Source: Albugo candida
Taxonomy: Eukaryota
NCBI GenBank assembly: GCA_040437565.1
Contig: JBDOQK010000005.1
Location: 620,001-684,000 of the forward strand
Direction of reading: 5' to 3'
Length of the DNA: 64,000 nucleotides
Shown: positions 1-13,300 of the stretch, in pieces
Layout of the letters: each line of letters opens with the position of its first letter
Position numbering within the stretch: the first letter of the stretch is position 1
The notes under the pieces: model-generated
The model's database searches: none
What the model saw: the letters and a program-made list of their open reading frames with translations, nothing else
What the model was told of the DNA's origin: nothing
Position numbers and translations under genes: made by a program

Positions 1-1267
1 CAAAAAGTATTTTGAAGGGATCTGTTCACGAAAATCATTTTCAGGAGAGCTTGAAGAGCGAAACTGCGAAAACCGCTAATCGAGCTTTTGATTCACATCC
101 TCTCTTCCCCGACAGCATCATTGATACAGTCTTTTTTCCTCATCAAGAACGGGCTATGGACATCCAGAATTTCCTCTGGGAGTCGGGCTGCACAGCTATG
201 GAGAACGGTACGATATTTAGCATGGTCACAGCAACAACTAATGTAAACTCAATTAGGCTCCTGGGAGGACGCAAAGGGCTTTCTGGACAAACTACTTGAT
301 ACCCATATACTGCTCAGCGGTCATCACGACGATCGAGTGAAGCAACAACTACGAGTTTATGTGTATGTCCTCTTGCAGGTACGTGAAGTGCTCATAATCT
401 AAGCGTTTGTGTCTAACAAGTAACGAACAGAGTGGCCATCCATCGATGGCTATAGACATATGTCACACAGTACTTGAGCAGCTCAGCAATGATGACTCTA
501 TAGGAACGTATTCCATGGAACAGACTATACTTTGGTTCCAAATGTATCTTGCGGACGCACTATTGTGTTTAGAACATGTGAAAGAGTGCAACGATCATCT
601 AAAAACAACCGTAGATCCAATGTTAAAGCGTTTGCTGGCCGCCAAGGATTACAGTCAGGACAAGGATAGTTCAGAATTCCATGATAAATTCTTGGTTTGG
701 CGCATTGAGCTGATGAATAATTTTGCTATTACTAGCGTCTGCATGGGAGACTTAAATCTTGCAATATCATCCCTACAGGATGCTTTATTGTTTGCTAAAA
801 CTACAAAAATGGAGATGGACTCGATCCTTATACATGTGCAATACAATCTTGTATTACTATTGTGGCGAGCTGGGCAAAAAGAGGCGGCTTGCCTCGTCTG
901 GTTTGATGCTAGAGGATGGGACCCATTACGCGTGGGCTATAATGAAGACACTTGGAACGATTACAAAAAGAACTTTTTGATCGAAGTAAACGAATGCGCG
1001 ACCGCGGAGGCAACAATACGAGGGACAACTGGAAGTGATCATGCACCAGCCAACAGTGACGATGAACAGCATATCAATGTTGCTCCACAGCTCCAGGTGC
1101 TAGAATTGGATGCCATGATTTTAGAGCACTGGATGAGCATCGGAGCTGCTGCCTCGGTGAGTAATGCTTTACACTACGTCGACGTTATGAAGCCATCGGA
1201 AGAACTTCTTGTGAATAAGCAGGGCAATAACACAGTGAGGGATGCCAAAACATTTGTATTCAGCTGA
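1..1267 (+). CDS. 3' part of a spliced TPR-like helical protein (weak resemblance to the CNOT10 C-terminus); copy 1 of a gap-flanking duplication
   Basis: ORFs 12-299 and 407-1267 with TPR-like helices (YLADALLCL, NNFAITSVCMGDLNLAISSLQDAL, YNLVLLLWRAGQKEAA). Appears identical to 1654-2920. Confidence 0.45.
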
Positions 1268-1635
1268 TCATTAGAGACCTTGAGATACATTTCACCGTGC
1301 CCGGGCACTGTGCTCGTATGATTTCTGGTTATTTATGGTGAAAAGCTACTCTCTCTCGTGACATTTTCCACATCTGCATCCATGACATTTCCAAAGTCAG
1401 ACCAAAATAGCCTAAGCTCATTGTTTATCCAAGCGCGAACGATAGTAGCACCAAGAGTGCATGGTACCAAATACATTAGCGCGGGTTGGCCAACACCAGT
1501 CAAATTTACTGCAGCGTTTGCCATACCAAGCCCCANNNNNNNNNNNNNNNNNNNNNNNNNNNNNNNNNNNNNNNNNNNNNNNNNNNNNNNNNNNNNNNNN
1601 NNNNNNNNNNNNNNNNNNNNNNNNNNNNNNNNNNN

Positions 1636-2920
1636 TGGTGGCGGAAGGCAAACCAAAAAGTATTTTGAAGGGATCTGTTCACGAAAATCATTTTCAGGAG
1701 AGCTTGAAGAGCGAAACTGCGAAAACCGCTAATCGAGCTTTTGATTCACATCCTCTCTTCCCCGACAGCATCATTGATACAGTCTTTTTTCCTCATCAAG
1801 AACGGGCTATGGACATCCAGAATTTCCTCTGGGAGTCGGGCTGCACAGCTATGGAGAACGGTACGATATTTAGCATGGTCACAGCAACAACTAATGTAAA
1901 CTCAATTAGGCTCCTGGGAGGACGCAAAGGGCTTTCTGGACAAACTACTTGATACCCATATACTGCTCAGCGGTCATCACGACGATCGAGTGAAGCAACA
2001 ACTACGAGTTTATGTGTATGTCCTCTTGCAGGTACGTGAAGTGCTCATAATCTAAGCGTTTGTGTCTAACAAGTAACGAACAGAGTGGCCATCCATCGAT
2101 GGCTATAGACATATGTCACACAGTACTTGAGCAGCTCAGCAATGATGACTCTATAGGAACGTATTCCATGGAACAGACTATACTTTGGTTCCAAATGTAT
2201 CTTGCGGACGCACTATTGTGTTTAGAACATGTGAAAGAGTGCAACGATCATCTAAAAACAACCGTAGATCCAATGTTAAAGCGTTTGCTGGCCGCCAAGG
2301 ATTACAGTCAGGACAAGGATAGTTCAGAATTCCATGATAAATTCTTGGTTTGGCGCATTGAGCTGATGAATAATTTTGCTATTACTAGCGTCTGCATGGG
2401 AGACTTAAATCTTGCAATATCATCCCTACAGGATGCTTTATTGTTTGCTAAAACTACAAAAATGGAGATGGACTCGATCCTTATACATGTGCAATACAAT
2501 CTTGTATTACTATTGTGGCGAGCTGGGCAAAAAGAGGCGGCTTGCCTCGTCTGGTTTGATGCTAGAGGATGGGACCCATTACGCGTGGGCTATAATGAAG
2601 ACACTTGGAACGATTACAAAAAGAACTTTTTGATCGAAGTAAACGAATGCGCGACCGCGGAGGCAACAATACGAGGGACAACTGGAAGTGATCATGCACC
2701 AGCCAACAGTGACGATGAACAGCATATCAATGTTGCTCCACAGCTCCAGGTGCTAGAATTGGATGCCATGATTTTAGAGCACTGGATGAGCATCGGAGCT
2801 GCTGCCTCGGTGAGTAATGCTTTACACTACGTCGACGTTATGAAGCCATCGGAAGAACTTCTTGTGAATAAGCAGGGCAATAACACAGTGAGGGATGCCA
2901 AAACATTTGTATTCAGCTGA
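1636..2920 (+). CDS. 3' part of the spliced TPR-like protein; copy 2 (5' end lies in or before the gap)
   Basis: Same ORFs as 1-1267 (to 1952, and 2060-2920). Confidence 0.45.
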
Positions 2921-2985
2921 TCATTAGAGACCTTGAGATACATTTCACCGTGCCCGGGCACTGTGCTCGTATGATTTCTGGTTAT

Positions 2986-4989
2986 TTATGGTGAAAAGCT
3001 ACTCTCTCTCGTGACATTTTCCACATCTGCATCCATGACATTTCCAAAGTCAGACCAAAATAGCCTAAGCTCATTGTTTATCCAAGCGCGAACGATAGTA
3101 GCACCAAGAGTGCATGGTACCAAATACATTAGCGCGGGTTGGCCAACACCAGTCAAATTTACTGCAGCGTTTGCCATACCAAGCCCCAAAGCGTATGCGA
3201 TGGATACTGTGATGAAATATTGTACCTGCCGTTGATTCGCGACTGCTTCTGGCTTCGTTGACATGGATGCATATACCGTGGTTTCTTCAGAAATCTGCCT
3301 TAGCTTCCCAGAGCGCAAAAAGTTCTTACACTTGGCTAGAAAACAATCGAATCGCAATGCAAGTGATAATAAGAGGCTTGGGACAATTATGTCACCAAGA
3401 CCCAACATGGAAAAACCACCTCGCCAGTCAAATTGTGGTATCAGTAGAAGCATTGGCAACGGCTGAGGGTCCTCGCAGGGAGCGTAATGCGGATAACGTT
3501 CACAATAGTCAATCCCAGGATAGTCGCTTCGAGTGCTTGCCGGTGCACCACCTGTGGCAACTCGTTCCATAATGCTGCTCCCAAAAATGAATGGTGTGAC
3601 AAAGACGAAGAATATGTCATAAACAAAGGCGAGTAGAAGCAGAACAGTGGCAACTCGCAAATTCGGTACTTGAATGTTTCTGAGAAAGCTGCAGCACAGA
3701 ACGATCCCCAAGATATCTTGCAAGTACCAGCACTGATTACGATAAAAATACCACAAAATTACTGTCACAGCACTTCCAAGAACTCCCAATACTTCCAATA
3801 ATCCTACGGTGACCACACAATGCCTGAACATTGACGAAATATCGCAACGCCAAGTAGTCAAATATGGAAATGTACGACGTAAAAGTGGCACGAAGATGAC
3901 AGAGCTCAAGCTTCCCAGAGCCGACACCCCGAAAATTATGGGGAAAAAGCGTCCAATGTCGAAATAGTACAAAATTATTAAAGCGAACCCAGCACAAATC
4001 ACAAACCCCACGGCGCTGGTAGCGTCAATTTCCTGCACATCTTGCGCAAGGCATTCATATTGATCATGTTGTAGTAAGTGAGACTTTTCAATTTCATCGT
4101 TCTCCGTGTTCCTCGAATCTAAATATTGCCATTGTTCACGAGAAATCGAGTAAAAGGAAGCACCGATAGCTGTCAACACCCCAACAAGCCACAAAAGAAT
4201 TGATGACCAATTGGCCAATTGATGTGACCGGCGGAGCAAAAACACTTGCGGTTCAGTAATAGCTGCTTTTTCTAAACGTAGTCCTTCCTTGATAGTCACA
4301 TACACGACTGGAATTGAGATGTTTTTTGACAAAGTATTATTGACGCCAATAAGAATGTGTGTATCCCATAAGCAACAAAGTTGATGTTTGGGCATGCTGC
4401 CGGCCGAAGTGGTGATGACCCCTGTTGGGATGCACATGTTAGAATGACAGGCCGGATTTTGGGAGCAACGAAAATCGTCCGTCTCCCATATTGGATTCTT
4501 TACGGAAGTCACATTGCTCTCCCCTTTATTACAATCATACTCAAATGGAGCAAGCTTCGCCAAATTGGATCCTAATGAAGCTATCGTGCTTTCTTGTGTG
4601 TAAGTTTTAATGATTGATTCATATGAAGCTCTACGAGTTCCCTTGATAACGAGTGCTTTTGCCCCTGCTTGTTGAGCATTTTGGGCTTTCTGCAAGTAGC
4701 TACAGCTTCCTCGATCCACCAAAAAAACTTCCGAATTATTTGATGTCAAGTTTTTATTGCATCCCTGTGAGTCTTGCATCGATTTTGTAGAAATAGATAT
4801 CAGTTTTCCATAGTAAGTTTGCTTGTCGGGAAGTGGTTGTCCCCATCCTGCACGATTGCTTGGAGCACACAGTTCTGAAATTAAGCTATCGTTTTTTCCG
4901 TTAAACAATTTTAGTACTCCGGTTGGTACGACCATTTCCACATACTGGATTTTTAAAAAAAGTAGGCAATTGAAGACCCAGAAATGCAT
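2986..4989 (-). CDS. SPPL2: Signal peptide peptidase-like (SPPL2-type, family A22B) intramembrane aspartyl protease with PA domain
   Basis: Single ORF. PA-domain motif LVDRGSCSYLQKAQNAQQAGAKALVI, catalytic YD (YDIFFVF), GLGD and QPALMYLVP motifs. First ATG at 4989. Confidence 0.95.
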   Translation of the reverse strand: MHFWVFNCLLFLKIQYVEMVVPTGVLKLFNGKNDSLISELCAPSNRAGWGQPLPDKQTYYGKLISISTKSMQDSQGCNKNLTSNNSEVFLVDRGSCSYLQKAQNAQQAGAKALVIKGTRRASYESIIKTYTQESTIASLGSNLAKLAPFEYDCNKGESNVTSVKNPIWETDDFRCSQNPACHSNMCIPTGVITTSAGSMPKHQLCCLWDTHILIGVNNTLSKNISIPVVYVTIKEGLRLEKAAITEPQVFLLRRSHQLANWSSILLWLVGVLTAIGASFYSISREQWQYLDSRNTENDEIEKSHLLQHDQYECLAQDVQEIDATSAVGFVICAGFALIILYYFDIGRFFPIIFGVSALGSLSSVIFVPLLRRTFPYLTTWRCDISSMFRHCVVTVGLLEVLGVLGSAVTVILWYFYRNQCWYLQDILGIVLCCSFLRNIQVPNLRVATVLLLLAFVYDIFFVFVTPFIFGSSIMERVATGGAPASTRSDYPGIDYCERYPHYAPCEDPQPLPMLLLIPQFDWRGGFSMLGLGDIIVPSLLLSLALRFDCFLAKCKNFLRSGKLRQISEETTVYASMSTKPEAVANQRQVQYFITVSIAYALGLGMANAAVNLTGVGQPALMYLVPCTLGATIVRAWINNELRLFWSDFGNVMDADVENVTRESSFSP

Positions 4990-5086
4990 CGTGAGGCTCA
5001 CGATTCGAACTTAACGTTTTCACGTTGTAGGCTGCACACTAAACTCGAAAAAAACGATCTCGAAAGGACACAGACATTCGAATCAA

Positions 5087-8000
5087 ATGGAGTCGTCCAT
5101 TACTCTGATTCACTATTACTTGTATAAGGGATGGATTGGACACGTGCAGCAACTATGCGAGAGCATATTGGAGAAACAAGGTAACGATGTTATCATTCTG
5201 TTTTGGCGTGCATTCGGTATTATCCTTGAAGGAAGTTTCTCATCTGCCGTGCGTGAACTCGACTCACTCAAACGGAAAAAAGAAGTCGAGCTACCTTGTT
5301 TACATGCTTTGGTATATGCACATAGCCGTTGCAAGAATATTGACCACGAAGAAGTAGCTCATCTTGAGCTGCAGATCGTCATGGCGGAGGAAAATGCTGG
5401 AGAGCTATCACTATACTTGGTACGTCTCTTGAATTGATGTACTATATACATTGTATCATGTATTACATGCAAGTGCGCAAGATTCTTCTGGTACTTGCGT
5501 GAATATCAGAAAGCATATAAATTCATCGGGCAGCTGTTAAGCTGCAGTGAAGATGCAAGCATTCGAGCAAGGGTTCTAATTTTACGAGGCTGGATTGAGG
5601 CAACGAAAGAGATAAAATCACGAAATGACGTAGAAGTACGCAAGAATGCAATGGCAACCTTTAGCAAAATTGGAGAGTAAGATTTTTGTTATGACCTAAT
5701 GTTTTACCTAATATCGTCGATTTTTATCAGCAATAAAAACGTGGATTACCTACTCGGCATTGCCAAATACCATGAACTTCACAAGGATTACGAAAAAGCA
5801 GTAGAATTCTTGGATCGTATTATTGTGCAATTTCCGACCTTCAAGTACTCAATTAGCGAGAAAGCGCTTATTTTGCTAAAAATGGGAAGCTGGGAAGCTT
5901 GTTTCGATACCGTTGAACGAGCGCTACAGAATAATGCAGTGGATATCGAAGCTTTGCGAATCCTTCTTATGTATCAGCTCACAAGAGAGGGGAAGGCTCG
6001 GGACGCAGCTAAGAATTTACGCGGCTTAAGCGGCATTTTGGGAAAGTTGGAACCAAACAACTCAGATATCTTATACCAAACGGCCAAATCAGTTGCTAGA
6101 ATAGCTGACCGAAATGAGGAAGTACTGAAATGCACATTAGCTATGATTGATAGTGCTATACTGTCTCAAACCAATAGTGGCATGTTCTATGCAGAGAAAG
6201 GCTATCAACTTTCACTGCTTGCAAACTACCAGTTGTCTATGGATGCGTACAAAAAAGCGCTTACTTATGAGGAATCCAATGAGATGGCCCTTCATGGAAT
6301 GATTTACTGTCAGATAAAGTTGGGGGAGGTCGAAGATGCTTATCAACAGATGGAATTCCTGAACATCATTCAGGAGTCTGTCGGAACCAATGCTAGCTTC
6401 ACCTTCTTACAAGCTTTATTGAGCTGGTATAAAGACCGCAACAGATCAAAGCATAGCTATTTACTACAGGAATCGGTAAGGTTGCACATGGAGGACTTCA
6501 AAAAACACATGCAATCAGGCGACGCATCCACATCTGAGCTATTGTGCGCTTTGAACCCTTCATTTCTTGTGGAACTAGCAGCGGAATGCATGGATGGTGA
6601 AATTTTTGAGAATACTGGTAGAAAGCTGGACAAAGACTCTGAAAATAGCTCCTCTGCTCTTGCTAATGGTATGAGTATACTGGAGAAGCTTGTCCGAAAT
6701 TCGCCTGGTTTGTTGCATGCTCAGTTATTGCTGGCTCAGGCCTATTTTGGCTGTGATCGCTTGGATGACGCCTATCAGATCTGCAGTACAATGCTTAGTT
6801 TGGAACCGAATTTTTCCGAAGCTCATTTGATGATTGCAAGAATTTTTTTGGAGCGGGATAATCATCGATCTGCCTCTTCAAGTTTGGAGCAAGCATTGAG
6901 CCATGATTTTGCCGTACGGCACACTGTACCTTACCACACAATAAAAGCCAAGATAGCTGAAAGCACCGGTGATATAGAAAACTCATTTGAGGAACTGCAA
7001 GTGGCACTCAATTTACTGGAAGCAGCCGCAAAATGTATTTCAGAGAGACAGCTGAGTAGCAAGAAGAGATCGGGAGGTGCTATCTCCAGTCAAGCACAAG
7101 CAAGATTGAAAAATACCACTTTGTATGATAAGGCTTCAGTATACATTCAACTGGCTCAAGTGCTTGCTCAAATGAATAAGCTACCTGAAGCAACCAAAAC
7201 GATACAAGATGCAATGTCATTATTCCAAGGGTCTACACAGGAAGTTCGAGTTTTGGTGGCAAACAGTGAGCTTGCAGTCAGACGTGGAGATTATAAAACT
7301 GCGGTAGATATTCTAAGCAATGTCCCATCTTACTCACCAGCTTTTGCAAAAGCACAATTAGTCAAAGCTGATATATTTTTGACGCATCACAACGACAAGG
7401 TGCAGTATGCCAAATGCTTTCAAGAACTAGTACAAATAAATCCCTGCGCTAGCTCAAATAGCAGTCTCGCAGAAGCTTATCTTCGCATCCAAATGCTTGA
7501 TGAAGCTCTTGACGCGCTACATGCCGCAACTGCGTATAGCCCAAACGACCCCACCCTTGCGAGTAAAATTGGGAAAGTTCTCGTTGCGAAACACGATTAT
7601 GAAAAGGCTATCGAGTATTATGAGAATGCCCTTGCCTCGAACAAAGATAATCTTGCATTGAGAAAAGATTTGGCTGAATTGTATGCCCAAACGAAGACTT
7701 ACGACGAAGCTTTGCGCGTGACTCAGGACATTTCGTCTCATCAAACGGACAGAGCTGAGGAGCTTGTCGATGATACGAATGGTTTTAGTCAAGAGGATCT
7801 CATCAATTTGGAATATATTGCTGATCTCCAGATGGTCTTATCCAGAGTTCAATTGGATACACAAGATCTAGAAGGATCGATTAGCACTATGCAGAAGGCT
7901 CTCTCTTTGCAAAAGATTCTCTTAGAGCGGAAAAAAAGTGAGCAGCTCGATGTCCAGAACAAACAACGAAAAGCTATTTCAGATACTTGCTATCTTATCT

Positions 8001-9578
8001 CGAAAACATACCTAAAGAAGGGTACTAATGCTGAAGTTGACATTATTCTCGAGTTTTGTACGCAGGCATTAGATTTCGACGGTGGTCATGAACCATCGCT
8101 ACTACTGCTTGCTCAGGTACACAAACAATTAAACCAGTTCGATGAATGCCAAAGCAATTTGATGACACTGCTACGTCTAAATCCTTCGAATGAGGAAGCC
8201 GCACTTATGTTGGCTGACTTGATGCTTCACAAAGAGCAAGAAGAGGCAGCAATTCAGCATTTTCATCAGTTACTGGAAGTCAAACCAGATAATTTCGCAG
8301 CACTGTGCCGCTTCATTGTGATGTTACGTCGAGTTGGGAAATTGAACGAAGTACCAAAGTATATCGCAAAGGCAGAAGTCTCGCTGGAAAAGAATACCGC
8401 GGGTGAAGTTGCAGGATTACATGTATGCAAAGGTCTTTTCGCTCGCTACAAGAACAAAATCAGTGAAGCTATAGAAGAATTCAATTATGCACGACGTGAT
8501 GCTGATTGGGGGCAAGTCGCACTGATGAATATGATACAAATTTGCTTGAATCCTGATAATGAGAATCTCTGGGATAACCTGAAAACTAACTCAACAAATG
8601 AAGAAGCAAACAGTAATTCCAGCACAAAGGAGCAAAACGAAAACTTGAGAACAGCTAACACACTTCTGAGCGAGCTTCAAAACCTCAACGGATCATTTAG
8701 TTTATTCACAACGCTGGAAAATAGCTCAATGACGAAGAAATTGCTAGTTCGAATTCTGGAAGCGTACGCTTTATTAACAGCCAAGACAAAGTCAACGTCG
8801 GAAAAAGCAATACAAATCTTTATGGAGATACTTGATTCCATTGATCGAGATTATGTCCCGGCGTTACTTGGCCTCGCCACCGCGTACATGCTAACAAAGC
8901 AACAGCCCAAAGCTCGTAATCAATTAAAGCGCATTGCAAAAATGACCTACAATCAACAGTTTGCTGATGACTTTGAGCGTAGCTATCTATTACTGGCTGA
9001 GCTATATATCCAGCGCTCAAAGTATGACTTGGCGCAAGAACTATGCAAAAAAGCGCTGATGCATAACAAAAGCTGTGGAAAGGCCTGGGAAATGCTAGGT
9101 CATATAATGGAGAAAGAGCAATCTTACATCGACGCGGCAGATTGTTATGATGAGGCTTGGGCTTGTGAGGGAGAGGCCAGTGCGNNNNNNNNNNNNNNNN
9201 NNNNNNNNNNNNNNNNNNNNNNNNNNNNNNNNNNNNNNNNNNNNNNNNNNNNNNNNNNNNNNNNNNNNNNNNNNNNNNNNNNNNTGCAAAAAAGCGCTGA
9301 TGCATAACAAAAGCTGTGGAAAGGCCTGGGAAATGCTAGGTCATATAATGGAGAAAGAGCAATCTTACATCGACGCGGCAGATTGTTATGATGAGGCTTG
9401 GGCTTGTGAGGGAGAGGCCAGTGCGACCACTGGTTTCAAATTGGCTTTTAACTATCTAAAGGCCAAAAAGTATGTCGCGTCAGTCGATATCTGCCACAAG
9501 GTACTCAACCTTTATCCAGATTACCCGAAAATTCGCAAAGAGATTCTCGAAAAAGCTTACGCTGGATTTCGGCCATAA
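5087..9578 (+). CDS. TTC21B: Intraflagellar transport protein IFT139 / TTC21B (TPR protein)
   Basis: Exons 5087-5419, 5474-5676 and 5731-9578 join in frame through GT-AG introns. Characteristic C-terminus (ARNQLKRIAK...NKSCGKAWEMLGHIMEKEQSY...LAFNYLKAKKYV...PDYPKIRKEILEKA). Gap 9185-9284 with overlap 9044-9184 = 9285-9425. Confidence 0.95.
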
Positions 9579-10335
9579 GTACTGATATTCAACGTGTGGA
9601 TAGCTAGCAACTCTAAATGAACCCAGTAGTATGCACATCAGTTCTATCTTCCTGCTATGGCTTTGCATAAATTACAGAAGCTGGTGCTGATATTAAGGAA
9701 ATCCAAGGCAGTTGGCTCATCATGTTGTCCGTTTGGCTGAGTTTCAAAATCACGCCATGCCAAAATTATACAGCTACTTTCTTTATCTGGACATGACCCT
9801 GCCATATAGACCACTTTCTTATGATTTTTTTTAGCATTCTTACACAATTCCCGTACACCCGCACGTATATTGCTGAAGAAAGTCGCGAAATTCTATAACG
9901 TTGGTCACGACTCAGTGAGCTCTTCTGTACTCCTTCCTGACTACTGAATTCCTATGTGCTGATGCCATCTGTTGCTAATGGTGTTGACTTGAAGCATATT
10001 CGATTTGACTGGCTTTGATGATTTTAGCTTCAATGATTCCAGTCACACATTGCTAGATTCGAACGAAGAGCATCATCTTGTTGAGATCAAACGATAACGG
10101 AATTTGTGAAAGTGCGAATGCACTTGACGATACCAGCTAAACATAAAAGAAATATTCAACCGACTAGCCTCACATGAGGTGTTATACAATCGAATATGTC
10201 GCTTTGCTACGCTAAAATCTTGTAGGCCCTTCGGTTATTATGATCGATCAGAGATAAGTGGGTGTAGGCTACATGAATGAGACAATCGTACGGTATTATT
10301 ATAATGAATCGATTCCACCAACTCGCTTGCTTGTA

Positions 10336-13300
10336 TCACTGCAGGCACATGCGCTGATGAGATAGAGCCATCTGAAGTTTACGTGCTTCACGAAAAGCTG
10401 TCGAAGAACTGGTCTGATGTAGATGAAACGAACGTGCTTCTTCCTTCCTGTTCTGGTGTAATCGTCTCCATGCCATAAACAAGTGGTATCGAGAACAGTT
10501 TTCTATCTGTCTGAGCTGTCGGAAGGTGACAATGTGACGCTTGTGATGATTTCTCCAGGCGAAGAAAAACGATCTTTCGAGTAGTAATACATGCTTGATA
10601 TGTAGATAATAACTCAGTTGCATCCATATGGTATACCTGCGAAAACCAAGCCAGAATACTCGATGCATCAAGTAGAATTTACGTCGTCTATCTGCGCGCA
10701 TTAGCTTGGCAAATATCGTGCAGCGATAAAACCATTGTGAAAGTTGACGCCATTGCCTTCGAACCACAAAGGAATTTACTCGGAGGCTATGTCTGACGTG
10801 ATTCGACCATATGTGAATTGATTTGCGTGCCATACGATGCTTCTGATCAAAATTTCTGAGCCCGAGGACCAACTTCACTTGCAGCAAGTGAGCGTGATAG
10901 CATTTCCAGGCACTGAACACACTATTTATTGTAAGAGAAATGTATATATGATGGAGTAAGGACATAGCCACTTTTCGCCTTTTTGTTAATGCCACCCAGG
11001 AGATCCATGTTTGCAACAGAAGATGACGAGTGTACTTCTTGTGAGTTTGGACGACGATTTGACAAACATAATACTTTTCTCGCCACATTTGCATTACACT
11101 ACGCAATGCCTGTGATCGATGGCTGGCAAGTATTCGCTTTACTTGTTTACCGTGCGCAACCTTTTTTTTCCAGGTACGTAGTAAACGTCTTAATAAGAAT
11201 CGTCTAGCCACATCAGTGTTATCAATCGCAACAATTCTTCTTCTTTTATGCTGTAAAGTGTATTCGCACCATTTATACACTGCATTTCCAACTTGAGACG
11301 ACAGTATCATTCCATGAATGTGCCACATCCTGTTTTTGTATTGAGTGATTCGTTGCCATTGAGTAAGATACAACCGTTGCTGGCACATTCGATGGAATTT
11401 AATAGAGCGAGCTTGAAGTCCAATAATCGTTTCGTGCCAGTAGCATAAGTATCCTCTCACCATCATCATTTTGCGCTTCATGTGAGTTTTTCGTATGCCT
11501 TGCAATATTTCTGTATATTTCTTCCACTTCAAGAAGGTTTGCTTCAACTTTTGTTCTCGGTAAACTCTCCTGATTTTGCTACTTCCGAGATGACGCAGAA
11601 GTGTAATCGTCCTCCATTTTTGCATGGAAATCTTCTTGGAATGTAATGTTCTCTCTTGCCAGAGTTGGTGAGCCAAATCATTTATGGCAATACGTCTTAG
11701 AGAAAATTCGCGCCACTTGTGCCAAAATTCTCTACAGTCCCAGCGTGCTCTGATTTCTCTTAGTAAAGAAGCTCCACGATGTTGTCGACATGAATGTTTC
11801 CAGCAATAGAGCCATTTCTTGACTCGCATCAATTGTCGTTCGTGGTACATACGACTCCAATACCATAACACATTCAGCAAAGTGTTTCGATTGTTTCTGC
11901 ACACAATGCATCCAGTGACCTTTTCCAAATGCAGTTTTTGTATCGTCATATTATCCCGCCAGCGTCTAAATCTCACTCGTAAAAAAATTCGAGTCGTGTA
12001 ATTACGATTCAACTCTCGTTCACGCTCTCTTTTCATGTGAACCTCCCATCGATAAAATCCTTTGACGATAAGGCTGTCAACATGAATATCATCGGCATAG
12101 TTCAGTAGCTTACGCTGCTCCTTGGAATTTTGGGTATACCTTGACCAGGTAGTAATCCCACGAGAAATACCTCGTTGCTTTGACATTTGAGTGAGCAAAT
12201 GGCACCCTCTTTCGATCGCTATCTGTCGTGAAAGAGTAATTATAAGAGCTTTCCATGCCTTGCTTCGTAAAGTTATATCATAATGCTGATCGGCAGAATG
12301 AGCTTGCTGGTGTGCCTGGAATGCATCCTGCCAAGAATTCCAGGCAGTATCTTTCAGTAATACTTGGCGCTGGCGATGATAAAGTACTTCAGCTAACGCA
12401 TGAATTTTTGCATATTTCATTGCGAAACTTTTCCATTCTCGTAAATAACACGTCGCTTTTTTACAGAGTATTTGGCATTGTCGATGCCGACTTTGCCTTC
12501 CAGCGACAATGAGTTCGTGACATGCAGAGCGAGTAATCTCTTTTCTGATAAGATAAGAAAAACTTTTTGCTCGTTGCTGAGAAATGAAATGGTAAGTAAT
12601 CCAACGTTCAAAAACATTTTGCGTCCATTTTTTACGTAATCGACCGAGCTTCACTATATAATCGTTTCTGATATGCAACCTATTGTGATATGCATTCTTC
12701 CAAGCGTACAATACCCGCAGTGTGGTGGACACCTGTTCTTGACAAGAGAGTTTTTGCAGAGACGTAGATTTACACGTAAAAGTAAACCATACTTTGATAA
12801 CAGCCCAAAATGTTCTCCTACATTGAGAAAGTTGAACGTTGTGCATTTTTATCACAATTTCCCTACGTTGCAGTCGTGCATTCATCCAGATGTTCCACAT
12901 CATTAATACTAGAGCATGTCTTCTTCTATTCTTGAATCGCTCGATGATATGCTGTATCTGTATTATACGAGACCACTCAGTTAAGACAAAAGCTTTGCGA
13001 AGTCGTCGTTTTTTCGCATAAAATTTCTGTACACTAATGTCCAATATGGTCGATCTTTTCCAGGCTTCAAACGCCATAGACTTGTTCCATTTATATTGAA
13101 TCATTTTGATTCTTCTGATTGAACGAGCAATGCAAGTATGATCCAACCAGCGATGAAGTACGGTTTTGAGCTCGCTTTTTTCGCATTTCTCTCTGATTCG
13201 TCGTGTTTTGGTTCCATTAATGTCTCTTTCAGCTAAGATACCCCGCCACACCATTAGCACCGTACTCATTACACGCCTTCTGCAATGTGAATAGCTTTGA

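Larger units (their letters stand above)
1..3188. repeat. Direct duplication 1-1535 = 1654-3188 across a 100-N gap (probable unmerged contig overlap)
   Basis: Same sequence at offset 1653 on both sides of gap 1536-1635; the ORF translations are identical. Confidence 0.9.

Noticed and set aside
1-2920. Tandem duplication of the TPR-like gene and a truncated SPPL2 copy
   Set aside because: Apparently identical copies abutting a 100-N gap, the same pattern as eight other gaps; most likely an assembly artefact.
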